A stretch of 64,000 bases of DNA from a candidate division WOR-3 bacterium UBA6260 (lineage in GTDB: Bacteria > Hydrothermota > 32-111). The notes below the pieces were generated by a model. That model was not told where the DNA came from and searched no databases. It saw nothing but the letters and a program-made list of their open reading frames with translations. Location: positions 69,315-133,314 of the forward strand of contig DJVI01000015.1 in the NCBI GenBank assembly GCA_002441125.1, read 5' to 3'. Below, piece by piece: positions 9,254 to 17,873 of the stretch (positions are counted from its first letter, which is position 1; each line of letters opens with the position of its first letter). The position numbers were made by a program, and so were the translations under genes.

Positions 9254-9931
9254 TTATTTCATACTTTGTAAAATTTTTTCTACCATCTTCTGTGACTGAC
9301 TTGGACCTATTATCATTGATGATGCTTTTGAAAATCTTTTCAAAAATTCATCAAGTTTACTCTGACTTAAGTTTTTTATATCCAATTTCATTTCTGAAAC
9401 AATGTTGTTAATTATATCTTCTGCAAAATCCTCAAGGAACTCACCAGCGATTTTTTTGATTTTATTGAAAGAATCACCATCAATGTTTAAAGTAGAAACG
9501 GTTTCCTCTTTTTCAACAATTTTCTCTTTGACTTCTTCTTTTACAGGTTGTGAAGGTTTAACAACTATCTTTTTCTTGTCCTTTAAAGCTATTTTAACTT
9601 TATCTTCCTTTTCCTCTTTTATAGATTCTTTTTCAACAATCTCAGCAAAATCTATATCATCAACTATAACATTCTTGTTAACTATCAATCCAAAAAAAGA
9701 ACCTTTTTTGTGGAAAAAAATTATCTTTTTATCTTCATTCTGGAATTCTATTTTATCAATTTTGGATACATTGGCTGCATCGAGTGATTGTTTTAAAACA
9801 ACTATTACCTGTTTAACAACATCATCTGTATAGCCAACAATACCTGTTTTTTGGATCATATCGTTTTCATTAGAGAAGACAAAATCAGCATCAAATTTTT
9901 CCCTTATCTTTTCTATATTGTACCCCATCAA
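9254..9931 (-). CDS. roadblock/LC7-like domain protein with acidic/lysine-rich linker
   Basis: N-terminal ~100 aa fits a roadblock/LC7 (MglB-like) pattern (MIQKTGIVGYTDDVVKQVIVVLKQSLDAA...KKIIFFHKKGSFFGLIVNKN), followed by an E/K-rich low-complexity region. Confidence 0.45.
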   Translation of the reverse strand: MMGYNIEKIREKFDADFVFSNENDMIQKTGIVGYTDDVVKQVIVVLKQSLDAANVSKIDKIEFQNEDKKIIFFHKKGSFFGLIVNKNVIVDDIDFAEIVEKESIKEEKEDKVKIALKDKKKIVVKPSQPVKEEVKEKIVEKEETVSTLNIDGDSFNKIKKIAGEFLEDFAEDIINNIVSEMKLDIKNLSQSKLDEFLKRFSKASSMIIGPSQSQKMVEKILQSMK

Positions 9932-9939
9932 GCCTCCCT

Positions 9940-10707
9940 TTATCTTTTGCTCAACTTTTCAATAACATTTTGAACCATTTTTTTCGCTTCAGATGCCCCA
10001 TAAACTTCAACCGCTTTTTTACACACTCCATCTATCAAAACTTTAGTTGTCCTTTGAATATCATCCCTACTTATTTCAACTGGAACTATATCTTTAATCT
10101 CTATTTTATCCTTTATATCGAGTGCTTTTTCTAAAATATCTAAATTTGAAAGATTATCTTTTATAAAATTGTTCCAGACCTTTCTATCACCACCTTGGGA
10201 GAACTCATCAACAAGAAGATTTAACTGTAGAATTTTTGAAAGTAAAAGTTTTCTCTCTATCTCTCCCAACATGTTAACTTCCTGTTGGGTTGATACATTT
10301 TCAAAAGGATTATAAGGTTTTTGAAAAGCTTCTTCAACTACAGGTTTGTTTTCAACTATCTTTTCTTCCTCAACTTTTGGAGACTCTGCTATTTTTTTAA
10401 ACTCTTCATAGAATCTATTCGTATCAACATCTCCATTGATTTTAAAAAGTAAAAATTCATTTTTTTCTGAAATCAAAATAAGGTTATTCCCATCAACCTT
10501 TATAAATGATATTAAAGGATAACCCATCTGAAATTTTTTAAATATAACATCTCCCGCAGAACCAAGAAATGCACCTATATCTCCGAGATTGTTAGGCTGT
10601 TCTCCAACTTTTTCAAGTATAGTTCCATCCTCCTTGTTCAATCTCATAGCCCCAAATACTGGAATGAAACCTTTCATTTTTTCAACTAGTTCAGAAAGTT
10701 CCATCAC
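9940..10707 (-). CDS. roadblock/LC7-like domain protein
   Basis: IPVFGAMRLNKEDGTILEKVGEQ...GDIGAFLGSAGDVIFKKFQMGYPLISFIKVDGNNLILISEKNEFLLFKI fits the roadblock fold pattern. C-terminal half unassigned. Confidence 0.45.
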   Translation of the reverse strand: MMELSELVEKMKGFIPVFGAMRLNKEDGTILEKVGEQPNNLGDIGAFLGSAGDVIFKKFQMGYPLISFIKVDGNNLILISEKNEFLLFKINGDVDTNRFYEEFKKIAESPKVEEEKIVENKPVVEEAFQKPYNPFENVSTQQEVNMLGEIERKLLLSKILQLNLLVDEFSQGGDRKVWNNFIKDNLSNLDILEKALDIKDKIEIKDIVPVEISRDDIQRTTKVLIDGVCKKAVEVYGASEAKKMVQNVIEKLSKR

Positions 10708-11584
10708 TCACCCCTTCTTTATTTAAAAGTTCCCTATATTTTTTCTTAGCTATCATTCCTCCATACTCTTCAACACCTTTTTCAACGATCTTTTCGAAAA
10801 GGATCTTTTTCATATTTCTCACTTTAGCTTCATCGATGAACCTGTCTGCATTGTCATCTATTTCAATCATTTCATTTTTGAATTTTAAAAATCCAGCTAT
10901 AATTTCAAAACCAGAGTTAGTTAAAAGATCAACTATAAAGTTGAACCAATCTTTGGAATTCGTATTTTTCACGGAGAAAGTATCAAGAATATTGTTTAAA
11001 CTTTTTTCAAAATCTTTTCTTAATTTTTCAACAAAAGATTTATCAAAAATAAGACCTTTTGAAATCAAATATTCCAAAGATTTATATGATTCTATAAGAG
11101 GAAGGTTGCTTTCTTTTATAACAGTTCTGATATTTTTTTTACCATCAACAATTCTAATTATTACCCAATCCGTTTTTCTCAAACTTATGTTATCTCCAAG
11201 TCCTTCAGCCCTCTTTTCCAAAACAGCATCGAAAGAAGGTAACCTTTTCAAAATATCATCAAACTCGATTCTTCTTTTTTCAATCTGTTCTATAAGAGAT
11301 GATGTGTTTTGTTGTTCGATTGTGATTTCGTCAGTTTTTTCACCATCAATATAAGTTATAACTCCGTTCCTTTCGATGGAGAGATTGTATAAAGCTTCTT
11401 CTCCTGTAAAAGTGTTATAAACTGCATGTTTTGGTAAACCGTTTTCAAAAAATATTTTCCCTTCTTTATCCTCAAAATTAAAAATAAGAACACCTGTTCT
11501 CTGTTTTGATGAGATGAGATTTATAAATTCAACTGGACTGAAAATCTCAAGATTCGCTTTTAAATCTACCTTCTCTTTATCCAT
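10691..11584 (-). CDS. DUF4388-domain protein
   Basis: N-terminus FSPVEFINLISSKQRTGVLIFNFEDKEGKIFFENGLPKHAVY matches the DUF4388 signature (DLLQLL..KTGVL...G.IYF..G.IV). Confidence 0.5.
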   Translation of the reverse strand: MDKEKVDLKANLEIFSPVEFINLISSKQRTGVLIFNFEDKEGKIFFENGLPKHAVYNTFTGEEALYNLSIERNGVITYIDGEKTDEITIEQQNTSSLIEQIEKRRIEFDDILKRLPSFDAVLEKRAEGLGDNISLRKTDWVIIRIVDGKKNIRTVIKESNLPLIESYKSLEYLISKGLIFDKSFVEKLRKDFEKSLNNILDTFSVKNTNSKDWFNFIVDLLTNSGFEIIAGFLKFKNEMIEIDDNADRFIDEAKVRNMKKILFEKIVEKGVEEYGGMIAKKKYRELLNKEGVSDGTF

Positions 11585-12312
11585 TCCTCATCCTTATATT
11601 TTTCAACAATTTTTTTAAACTCTAAATCGTTTAAATCTAACTCTACTTTTTGCCATTCAAAATCGAGCTCCCTAAAAAAAACTTTGTAAAATAAAAAAGA
11701 CATATCTTTGATATTATAATTTAAACCTGTTAAATTTTCAATATTGTTTGAAAATTTTTTCCCATAAATTTTTTCCTGTGGTATAACGCTTTCTTTTACA
11801 AGAATAGTTCCCTGTTGTAAAAAATTTTTTTCAGAGAATGTCTGGGCACTCCCAACTATCTTTTCTCCATTTAAACTTATCTCGTACACAGATTGTGATC
11901 CAAAACAATCAGCTATAAAATTATCTTTCTTTTCACCCTGAGTCAGTTTCGCATTTATACCTATCTTTTCAAAAGCTTTTATAAAGATCTCTGAAATTTT
12001 TTTATACCTTTCTAAAAGACCTCCATTTTTACCAAAGAATTCAATGTTGCCAACAAAAGAGTAAGTCAGATCTCCACTATGTAAAACAGCTCTTCCTCCA
12101 GTCATCCTTCTTGTTATATCAATACTCTCTCTTTTTATATAATCATAATCTATTCCAAAATTGTACCTTTGATTGTATCCGATTGTAATTGAAGGTTTAG
12201 AAAAAGAATAGAATCTGAAAAAAACAGTATCAATGTTTTTATAAGCCCATTCATCACAAGCCATATTTGTATAAACATCAAAAACAGAGTAATCTAAATA
12301 GTAACCTTTCAT
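11566..12312 (-). CDS. lipoate--protein ligase / octanoyltransferase family (BPL/LPL catalytic domain)
   Basis: 248 aa. RRMTGGRAVLHSGDLTYSF resembles the LplA RRxTGGGAVxHD motif. Later K-containing motif (GEKIVGSAQ). Confidence 0.65.
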   Translation of the reverse strand: MKGYYLDYSVFDVYTNMACDEWAYKNIDTVFFRFYSFSKPSITIGYNQRYNFGIDYDYIKRESIDITRRMTGGRAVLHSGDLTYSFVGNIEFFGKNGGLLERYKKISEIFIKAFEKIGINAKLTQGEKKDNFIADCFGSQSVYEISLNGEKIVGSAQTFSEKNFLQQGTILVKESVIPQEKIYGKKFSNNIENLTGLNYNIKDMSFLFYKVFFRELDFEWQKVELDLNDLEFKKIVEKYKDEEWIKRR

Positions 12313-12929
12313 CTTAAAACTTTAAGCCAATCTGATAAAAGGAAATATATCCTTCCTATTAAAAGTGAAATACGAGCCATAACCGTATAACCGAATGATG
12401 CCCCAAAAGCAACCATTATGAAGGTTATACCTATTTTTGATCCCCATCTTAAAACACCTTTCTGTTCTTTTGAGAAATAGAAGTAAATGAGTGTTGTCAG
12501 AACACCAAATACTATCAGAAAGTTGTTAAAAGTTTCAAAATTGAATCCTGTCAAGGGAACAAGAGTTGCCTGAACCTGAGGCAGTATGAAACCTTGTATA
12601 GCACCTGTAACTCCAAGTCCCGCACCCATTCCGACTGTGAACGCTATAGACCATCTTGATAACCATGATATCTGTGGAAACCATCTTGTTAACATTATTA
12701 TTCCAAAAAATGCAGGTATTATAAGAATGAACTGTTTATTTTTGATCATAGGATCGAGAAGCATAGGTTGTATAACATAAGCCCATGTGTATATTATCCA
12801 GTATCCTGCAGTTATTCCAACATAAAGATGTTCAGCGAATTTGTAGAAAGGGTTATCCTTATAAAGGAAAGAATATATAAATAGGGTTAAACCAGCAGCG
12901 ATCCAAATTCCAATTGTTGTTCCCATCAT
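12309..12929 (-). CDS. module copy 1, gene D: polytopic membrane protein of unknown function
   Basis: 206 aa, ~6 TM. Shares IWIAAGLTLFIYSFLYKDNPFYKFAE.../...GITFIMVAFGA.FGYT.MAR.SL.IGRI.FLLSDWL with 15720..16325. Confidence 0.6.
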   Translation of the reverse strand: MMGTTIGIWIAAGLTLFIYSFLYKDNPFYKFAEHLYVGITAGYWIIYTWAYVIQPMLLDPMIKNKQFILIIPAFFGIIMLTRWFPQISWLSRWSIAFTVGMGAGLGVTGAIQGFILPQVQATLVPLTGFNFETFNNFLIVFGVLTTLIYFYFSKEQKGVLRWGSKIGITFIMVAFGASFGYTVMARISLLIGRIYFLLSDWLKVLR

Positions 12930-13768
12930 TTTCCTCCTTCTTTATTTTTCATTCCCTTTTCGATGAAATAAGCAATGTTTCCTAAAACTATGAAAAGTAT
13001 TATTACAAGATGTGAATAGGATTGTGATGCCATACCTGCTACAGCAAGATCAGGTTTATCAACAAGAACTTCATATTCTGCAGCACCTTTCATACCTCCA
13101 ACGAGTCCAACAATCTGACCTGATTGATAAAAGTAATAAGCATCAGGTGCTGAAACAGCGTTCAAAGCGAGAGCTATCTTCTGTTTGAACCTTCCACCTG
13201 CGTACTCGATCCAAGCAAGATATGTTGAACCGGCTTCAAGACCAACAAGTAGTGCAATATCATTATAGTTGTGAACATTCTTCATCATAGGGAATGAATC
13301 AAGAGGAATATTTCTATAATCTACCTTGAAATAGTCCCTTATCTCTTTTCCTATACCGACCATCTGGGCAACATAACCTGGTCTGTATCCTAAATTTATA
13401 TAATCAACACCATACACTGCTCCCATCTCTTTTGCAATTTTCTCAAGTCCCATAGTTCCAAGTGGAGCTCCAAGTTGCCATTGAACTATAAGTATTGGTT
13501 TTAACTTGTTTTTAAAAAGTTGTCTTAAAAGAGCTTCAAGAAATGGCTGCTGTTCAGGCATTGAAGCTGCATCGTAATCTATCGAAATCAAAACATTACT
13601 TCCTTCAGGCAATTTTTCTATATAATCGTAAACATCTTGAACAGGTTTTGAAACAACAACCGGAAATTTTGGTTTAAATATTAAAGGTAGAACAACTACC
13701 AAAGCTATGAAAAGGTATATGAATCTTCTATCTATTTTTGAAAGTTTTATAAAAAAATTCATAATCAC
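12926..13768 (-). CDS. module copy 1, gene C: bitopic membrane protein (N-terminal TM, extracytoplasmic domain, C-terminal TM)
   Basis: 280 aa. Paralogous to 16325..17191 (shared ...RWIYL.LAL....P..F..., GG.KGAAEYE.L.DK, ...NIAYF..K). No recognisable family. Confidence 0.6.
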   Translation of the reverse strand: MIMNFFIKLSKIDRRFIYLFIALVVVLPLIFKPKFPVVVSKPVQDVYDYIEKLPEGSNVLISIDYDAASMPEQQPFLEALLRQLFKNKLKPILIVQWQLGAPLGTMGLEKIAKEMGAVYGVDYINLGYRPGYVAQMVGIGKEIRDYFKVDYRNIPLDSFPMMKNVHNYNDIALLVGLEAGSTYLAWIEYAGGRFKQKIALALNAVSAPDAYYFYQSGQIVGLVGGMKGAAEYEVLVDKPDLAVAGMASQSYSHLVIILFIVLGNIAYFIEKGMKNKEGGK

Positions 13769-13771
13769 TCC

Positions 13772-14410
13772 TTATGAAAGATAACTTCTTTCTATACCCA
13801 AAATTATCCTTATGGAAACACCCAAAGCACCTAAAGATATTCCAAGTCCAATTCCTCTTTTTGCAGCCATCTGTGGTACCTGCATTATCCATTCGGTAAA
13901 TTTTGGAAGGTAAGGGGAAATCTGTTCTCCAAGTGGAACCCTTCCGAGCATAACTATTATAGCTGTAATGAGTAGAAGTGTAGCATCAAAATTTCTTGCT
14001 CTGAAAGCTCTGTAAGCTGCAGATGCTATAAAGAAAGCGAGAAGTGAAAACATTGTTGACTGTAATGGAACGATAAAATAGTTGTATATGTATGTAAAAT
14101 AGGATTTATCGTCGAACGCTGTTCCAAACCTTACTGTTTCTATAATACCAACTACAACTGTTGCGGTGAAACCAAGTATAAGAACCAATGAAAAGAACCA
14201 GTTCTCATCTTTTCTCTTCAACTTTCTAAAATGCATTCCTATCAAAGAATCAACCCCAAGAAGCATTGTAAAACCAGCTATTATCGAATACCAGTTCAAA
14301 GATATTTTCTCTATATCACCAAAAGGTTTATGAGGAATAAAGAAAGAGATTATCATTATCATTCCAACCAAAAATGTTATAAAAATCGGGATCCCTTTTC
14401 CTTTCAACAT
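13772..14410 (-). CDS. module copy 1, gene B: polytopic membrane protein of unknown function
   Basis: 212 aa, ~6 TM. Conserved core QSTMFSLLAFFIASAAYRAFRARNFDATLLL.TA.IV.LGRVPLGE shared with 17188..17865. Confidence 0.6.
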   Translation of the reverse strand: MLKGKGIPIFITFLVGMIMIISFFIPHKPFGDIEKISLNWYSIIAGFTMLLGVDSLIGMHFRKLKRKDENWFFSLVLILGFTATVVVGIIETVRFGTAFDDKSYFTYIYNYFIVPLQSTMFSLLAFFIASAAYRAFRARNFDATLLLITAIIVMLGRVPLGEQISPYLPKFTEWIMQVPQMAAKRGIGLGISLGALGVSIRIILGIERSYLS

Positions 14411-14421
14411 TTTTCCTCCTA

Positions 14422-15741
14422 CTAAACTTGTAAAGCTCTAGCTAACAGATCGAATAGATTTTTAAAAATTCCTATATTGAATCCATAAGCAAAAATAGAT
14501 AGGACAAAACCAACTATTATCAAAACCATTATAAAAACTTTCAAAAGGTCTTCAGCAGCGATCGAACCAAGCATCATTGGTTCTTTCTGAAGGTAAACTG
14601 AAGCAGCCATCATTTCCTCTCCTATAAGAGTATAGTCGCATGCTGCAACAAAGAATGGTAGTTGTGCTGTTTCAGTTGTACCAGAAATCTGTATCGCACC
14701 AATTGAATGTCCAGTTTCAGCGAGTATCAAAGATTCTGCAAAGAATAAACCTTGAAGGAAGACCGCTCCCGGTTTTTCCCTCATCATCATACCATCAACA
14801 CCTGCTGCATATCCAAACTGATCCTGAGTTATATACATTATATCGTTTTTATTATAAAGGTCTGGTCTACCAGCTTCAGTGAAAGCTTCTTTAACAACCT
14901 CCTGTGCTGTTGTCATAACAACAGGATCATAGGAAGGAACAAGAATCTTTGTTTCATACTCTGCAACCTTTTTAGAAACTCTACTAAGAATTGTAAGTCC
15001 AGCTATAGTTGGAATATCTGTAACATAACCTATTCCGAGAATATACATTATCGGTTTTCCCATCTCTGTACTTCTACCAACAGCCTCTTCAACAGCATCA
15101 AGTCCATTTATCTTTCTGATGTAAAGTTCTTTTCCACTTTTCGCAAGGTTCAGATAGTATAAAAAGACGAAAGAGATAAGTATAAGAGATATAACTACTG
15201 GAATCCTTGAAAGGTTAAACCATGAAGCTTTTGAAATAATGGCATCTGTCTCAGCTGTAACATAAAATGTATCATTATTGAAAATGTAGATACCATTTTT
15301 TGAGTAACCATTCTCTTTTGAAATCAACATGTTCAAAAAATCTTCATCTACCATCTTTTTACTCAAAATTCCAGTGTAGTAATATTTTGTTCCATCCTTT
15401 ACTCTTGATGGATCTTCTTCTGAGCTAACATCTCTTACCTGTTTTGATGAAACAAGAAGGTCTGTTGCAACAATAGAGTTGTTCCCAGCCTCATCCTTTC
15501 TCAAAACAGTTAAAAAAAAGTTATCCAAAGAATCAGGAAAGGACCACTCTATTTCTATACCACCTCCACCATCGTTAGGGATATCTTTACCTGTAATAGC
15601 GAATCCTTCAAAAGGTGTTTGATTCTCTAAAAAAATCAAACTATCATTTTCAGAGAAAAGTGAGATTGAAAGAATAAGAAAAACTATCAAAAGAAGGGTT
15701 CTTTTTAACACCTCTCCTCCTATTTTATTATTCCAAGCCAA
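14422..15741 (-). CDS. module copy 1, gene A: large membrane protein of unknown function (signal/TM, variable ectodomain, TM, conserved cytoplasmic domain, C-terminal TMs)
   Basis: 439 aa. C-terminal ~220 aa is ~60% identical to 17874..19097 (GK.L..RKI.GLD...EAVGR.TEMG.P..Y...DI.TIA.L.IL..V.KK.AEYETK...P..DP.VMT.A.EVVKE...EAGRPD.YN.NDI...T..QFGYAA.V.G.M.REKP...). N-terminal ectodomain diverged. Confidence 0.6.
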   Translation of the reverse strand: MAWNNKIGGEVLKRTLLLIVFLILSISLFSENDSLIFLENQTPFEGFAITGKDIPNDGGGGIEIEWSFPDSLDNFFLTVLRKDEAGNNSIVATDLLVSSKQVRDVSSEEDPSRVKDGTKYYYTGILSKKMVDEDFLNMLISKENGYSKNGIYIFNNDTFYVTAETDAIISKASWFNLSRIPVVISLILISFVFLYYLNLAKSGKELYIRKINGLDAVEEAVGRSTEMGKPIMYILGIGYVTDIPTIAGLTILSRVSKKVAEYETKILVPSYDPVVMTTAQEVVKEAFTEAGRPDLYNKNDIMYITQDQFGYAAGVDGMMMREKPGAVFLQGLFFAESLILAETGHSIGAIQISGTTETAQLPFFVAACDYTLIGEEMMAASVYLQKEPMMLGSIAAEDLLKVFIMVLIIVGFVLSIFAYGFNIGIFKNLFDLLARALQV

Positions 15742-16325
15742 TCTGAAAGAAGAAACTGTATTCTTCCTATAAAGAGGGAAACTCTCGCCATAATAGTGTA
15801 TCCGAAAGCTGCTCCGAATGCAACCATTATGAAAGTTATTCCAACTCTTGAAACTCTTCCAACGAAACCTTTATGTTCGAGAGAAAAGAAAAAATAGACT
15901 AAAGTTGAAATTACTCCAACAACTATGATCAAACTTCCAAAATCCAATTTTAAAGGCATAGTTGCATATACCTGTTTAAAAAGAAATTCGAAAGATGAAG
16001 GAACTGAAAGTCCTGTTCCAGCACCAACAACAAAAGCTATAGGTATTCTTGAAAGATAGGAAACATTTTTAAAAAACCTTGAAAACATCAATAAACCGAG
16101 CAGAAGCGGAATCAAAACAAGGAAATTCTTATCGTAAACAAGAGGGTTATAAACTTTCGTAATTATAGTGTTGTGCCAGTAAACTGATATACCGTAACCT
16201 ATAGATATTCCTACAAGAAGATATTCTGCAAACTTGTAGAAAGGATTGTCTTTATATAGAAAAGAATAGATAGCAAGTGTAAGTAAAGCAGCTATCCATA
16301 TCCAAAAATTAGTTGCAATAGCCAT
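15720..16325 (-). CDS. module copy 2, gene D (paralog of 12309..12929)
   Basis: 201 aa polytopic membrane protein. N- and C-terminal blocks collinear with copy 1 gene D. Confidence 0.6.
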   Translation of the reverse strand: MAIATNFWIWIAALLTLAIYSFLYKDNPFYKFAEYLLVGISIGYGISVYWHNTIITKVYNPLVYDKNFLVLIPLLLGLLMFSRFFKNVSYLSRIPIAFVVGAGTGLSVPSSFEFLFKQVYATMPLKLDFGSLIIVVGVISTLVYFFFSLEHKGFVGRVSRVGITFIMVAFGAAFGYTIMARVSLFIGRIQFLLSDWLGIIK

Positions 16326-17191
16326 TATTTACCCTCCTTTCTCTTCTTAACAAAATATGCGATGTTTCCAAGAATGATAAGTATAATAAAAAATATGTGT
16401 GCTGAAGATTGTGCATCCATCCCTATAGAAGCATCCTTTCTTCCACCATAAACATTTTTCTTATCAAGTAAATGTTCATATTCTGCAGCACCTTTCAAAC
16501 CACCAAGCATTCCTATCGCCTGTTTTGACTGGAGGTAAGAATAATACTCGGCTGCTGATACAGCGGTTGTTCCAATACCCATTTTCAAACCATACCTTCC
16601 ATTTGCATAGATGAGCCATGTCAAAACAACAGAACTACCGGCGAGTTCAACCATAAGGTTTATATCATTATAATTTTTTATCCCTTTCATAACTTCAAGT
16701 TCAGAGAGTTTATTTCCATAGCCATCCTCATTGAAAGTTTGAGTTATATCCTCTCCCATCTTCAAAACAACAGCACTTACTCCCGGAACATAGGCGAGTA
16801 ATGTTATATCTTTTCCAAGTTGTTTCTGATTTTCAGGATTGCTTTTGTTCCATTCTTTTAAAACATTATCTATTGCATCCTGTGCCATTCCAGCACCCTG
16901 TGGATACAGTGTTACAAAGAGAACTCTTAAATTGTTTGATAGAGCGTGTGCTGCTATAACTTTTGCCATAGGATGAAGTTCAGCCATTGTTGATGGATCA
17001 TAATCTGCACCTATCAGAACAACTCCTCCTTCTGGAATAGAGTCCTCAATAAAATCATAGATAGATTTTACAGGAGGTGTAGTTTTCATAGGGAATCCAA
17101 CCGGAAACAAAAAGGGTATTATTATGCATAAAGCGAGAATAAGATATATCCATCTTTTATCAAGATTGCTGATAAAATTTATAAATTTCAT
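16325..17191 (-). CDS. module copy 2, gene C (paralog of 12926..13768)
   Basis: Track ORF 16325..17317 is over-extended. Paralog alignment (MKFINFISNLDKRWIYLILAL vs MIMNFFIKLSKIDRRFIYLFIAL) places the start at the internal ATG at 17191. That gives a 4-nt overlap with gene B, as in copy 1. Confidence 0.55.
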   Translation of the reverse strand: MKFINFISNLDKRWIYLILALCIIIPFLFPVGFPMKTTPPVKSIYDFIEDSIPEGGVVLIGADYDPSTMAELHPMAKVIAAHALSNNLRVLFVTLYPQGAGMAQDAIDNVLKEWNKSNPENQKQLGKDITLLAYVPGVSAVVLKMGEDITQTFNEDGYGNKLSELEVMKGIKNYNDINLMVELAGSSVVLTWLIYANGRYGLKMGIGTTAVSAAEYYSYLQSKQAIGMLGGLKGAAEYEHLLDKKNVYGGRKDASIGMDAQSSAHIFFIILIILGNIAYFVKKRKEGK

Positions 17192-17865
17192 TTTCCTCCT
17201 CCAAGATATTTCCTTTCTATTCCAAGTATAATCTTTATAGATGTTGCTATAATACCAAGTTGGACACCTATAAGTATTCCTCTCTGAGCTGCCATATTCG
17301 GATATTTCAAGATCCATTCAACAACATCTGGAAGCCCTTTGTAAATGAATTCACCAAGTGGAACCCTTCCAAGAGTTACTATACCTGCTGTTACCAAAAG
17401 CAAAGTGGCATCAAAACTTCTCGCTCTGAAAGATCTGAAAGCTGCTGAAGCCATATAGAAAGCGAGTAGTGAAAAAATTGTGGATTGCATAGGCATCTGC
17501 ATGTAAAGGTATGTATACATCAAAGGTGTTGTATCGGTTGGTTTTACAGAAGGAAAAATCTTCATCCATAAAGTTGTTGGCATGAAAGCACCACCAAAAA
17601 CTCCAAGTAAAGCAGTCACAAACAAAGAAACAAGAACGATAATAGAATACTGCCACCCCTCAACCTTTCTTTTAATCTTAGTAAAATGTAGTTCAACTGT
17701 TGACTGAACAGCAATAAGGTAAGTGAATGCTGATACTATTATAAGCCAATCTAACATCAAGTTGTAAAAACTTTTTGATGCTGGATGTGGTACAAAAAAT
17801 TGCAAAATGAGTGCTATACCAAAGATCGCTGATACTAAAAGTGGTAATGTTCTTCTTAAAAACAT
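17188..17865 (-). CDS. module copy 2, gene B (paralog of 13772..14410)
   Basis: 225 aa, ~6 TM. Conserved QSTIFSLLAFYMASAAFRSFRARSFDATLLLVTAGIVTLGRVPLGE core. Confidence 0.6.
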   Translation of the reverse strand: MFLRRTLPLLVSAIFGIALILQFFVPHPASKSFYNLMLDWLIIVSAFTYLIAVQSTVELHFTKIKRKVEGWQYSIIVLVSLFVTALLGVFGGAFMPTTLWMKIFPSVKPTDTTPLMYTYLYMQMPMQSTIFSLLAFYMASAAFRSFRARSFDATLLLVTAGIVTLGRVPLGEFIYKGLPDVVEWILKYPNMAAQRGILIGVQLGIIATSIKIILGIERKYLGGGK

Positions 17866-17873
17866 ATTAACTC

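Noticed and set aside
9402-11354. Plus-strand ORFs 9402..9833 and 10836..11354 (143 and 172 aa)
   Set aside because: Both lie fully inside minus-strand genes with recognisable domains. Their translations are Ser/Phe/Ile-rich low complexity. Treated as antisense artefacts, as are the other short '+' ORFs embedded in the minus-strand array (e.g. 14640..15162, 21317..21847, 45633..46757, 58182..58806).
17188-17317. 130-nt overlap between track ORFs 16325..17317 and 17188..17865
   Set aside because: Not a real long overlap. Paralogue comparison shows gene C copy 2 starts at the internal ATG at 17191, giving the same 4-nt coupling seen in copy 1.
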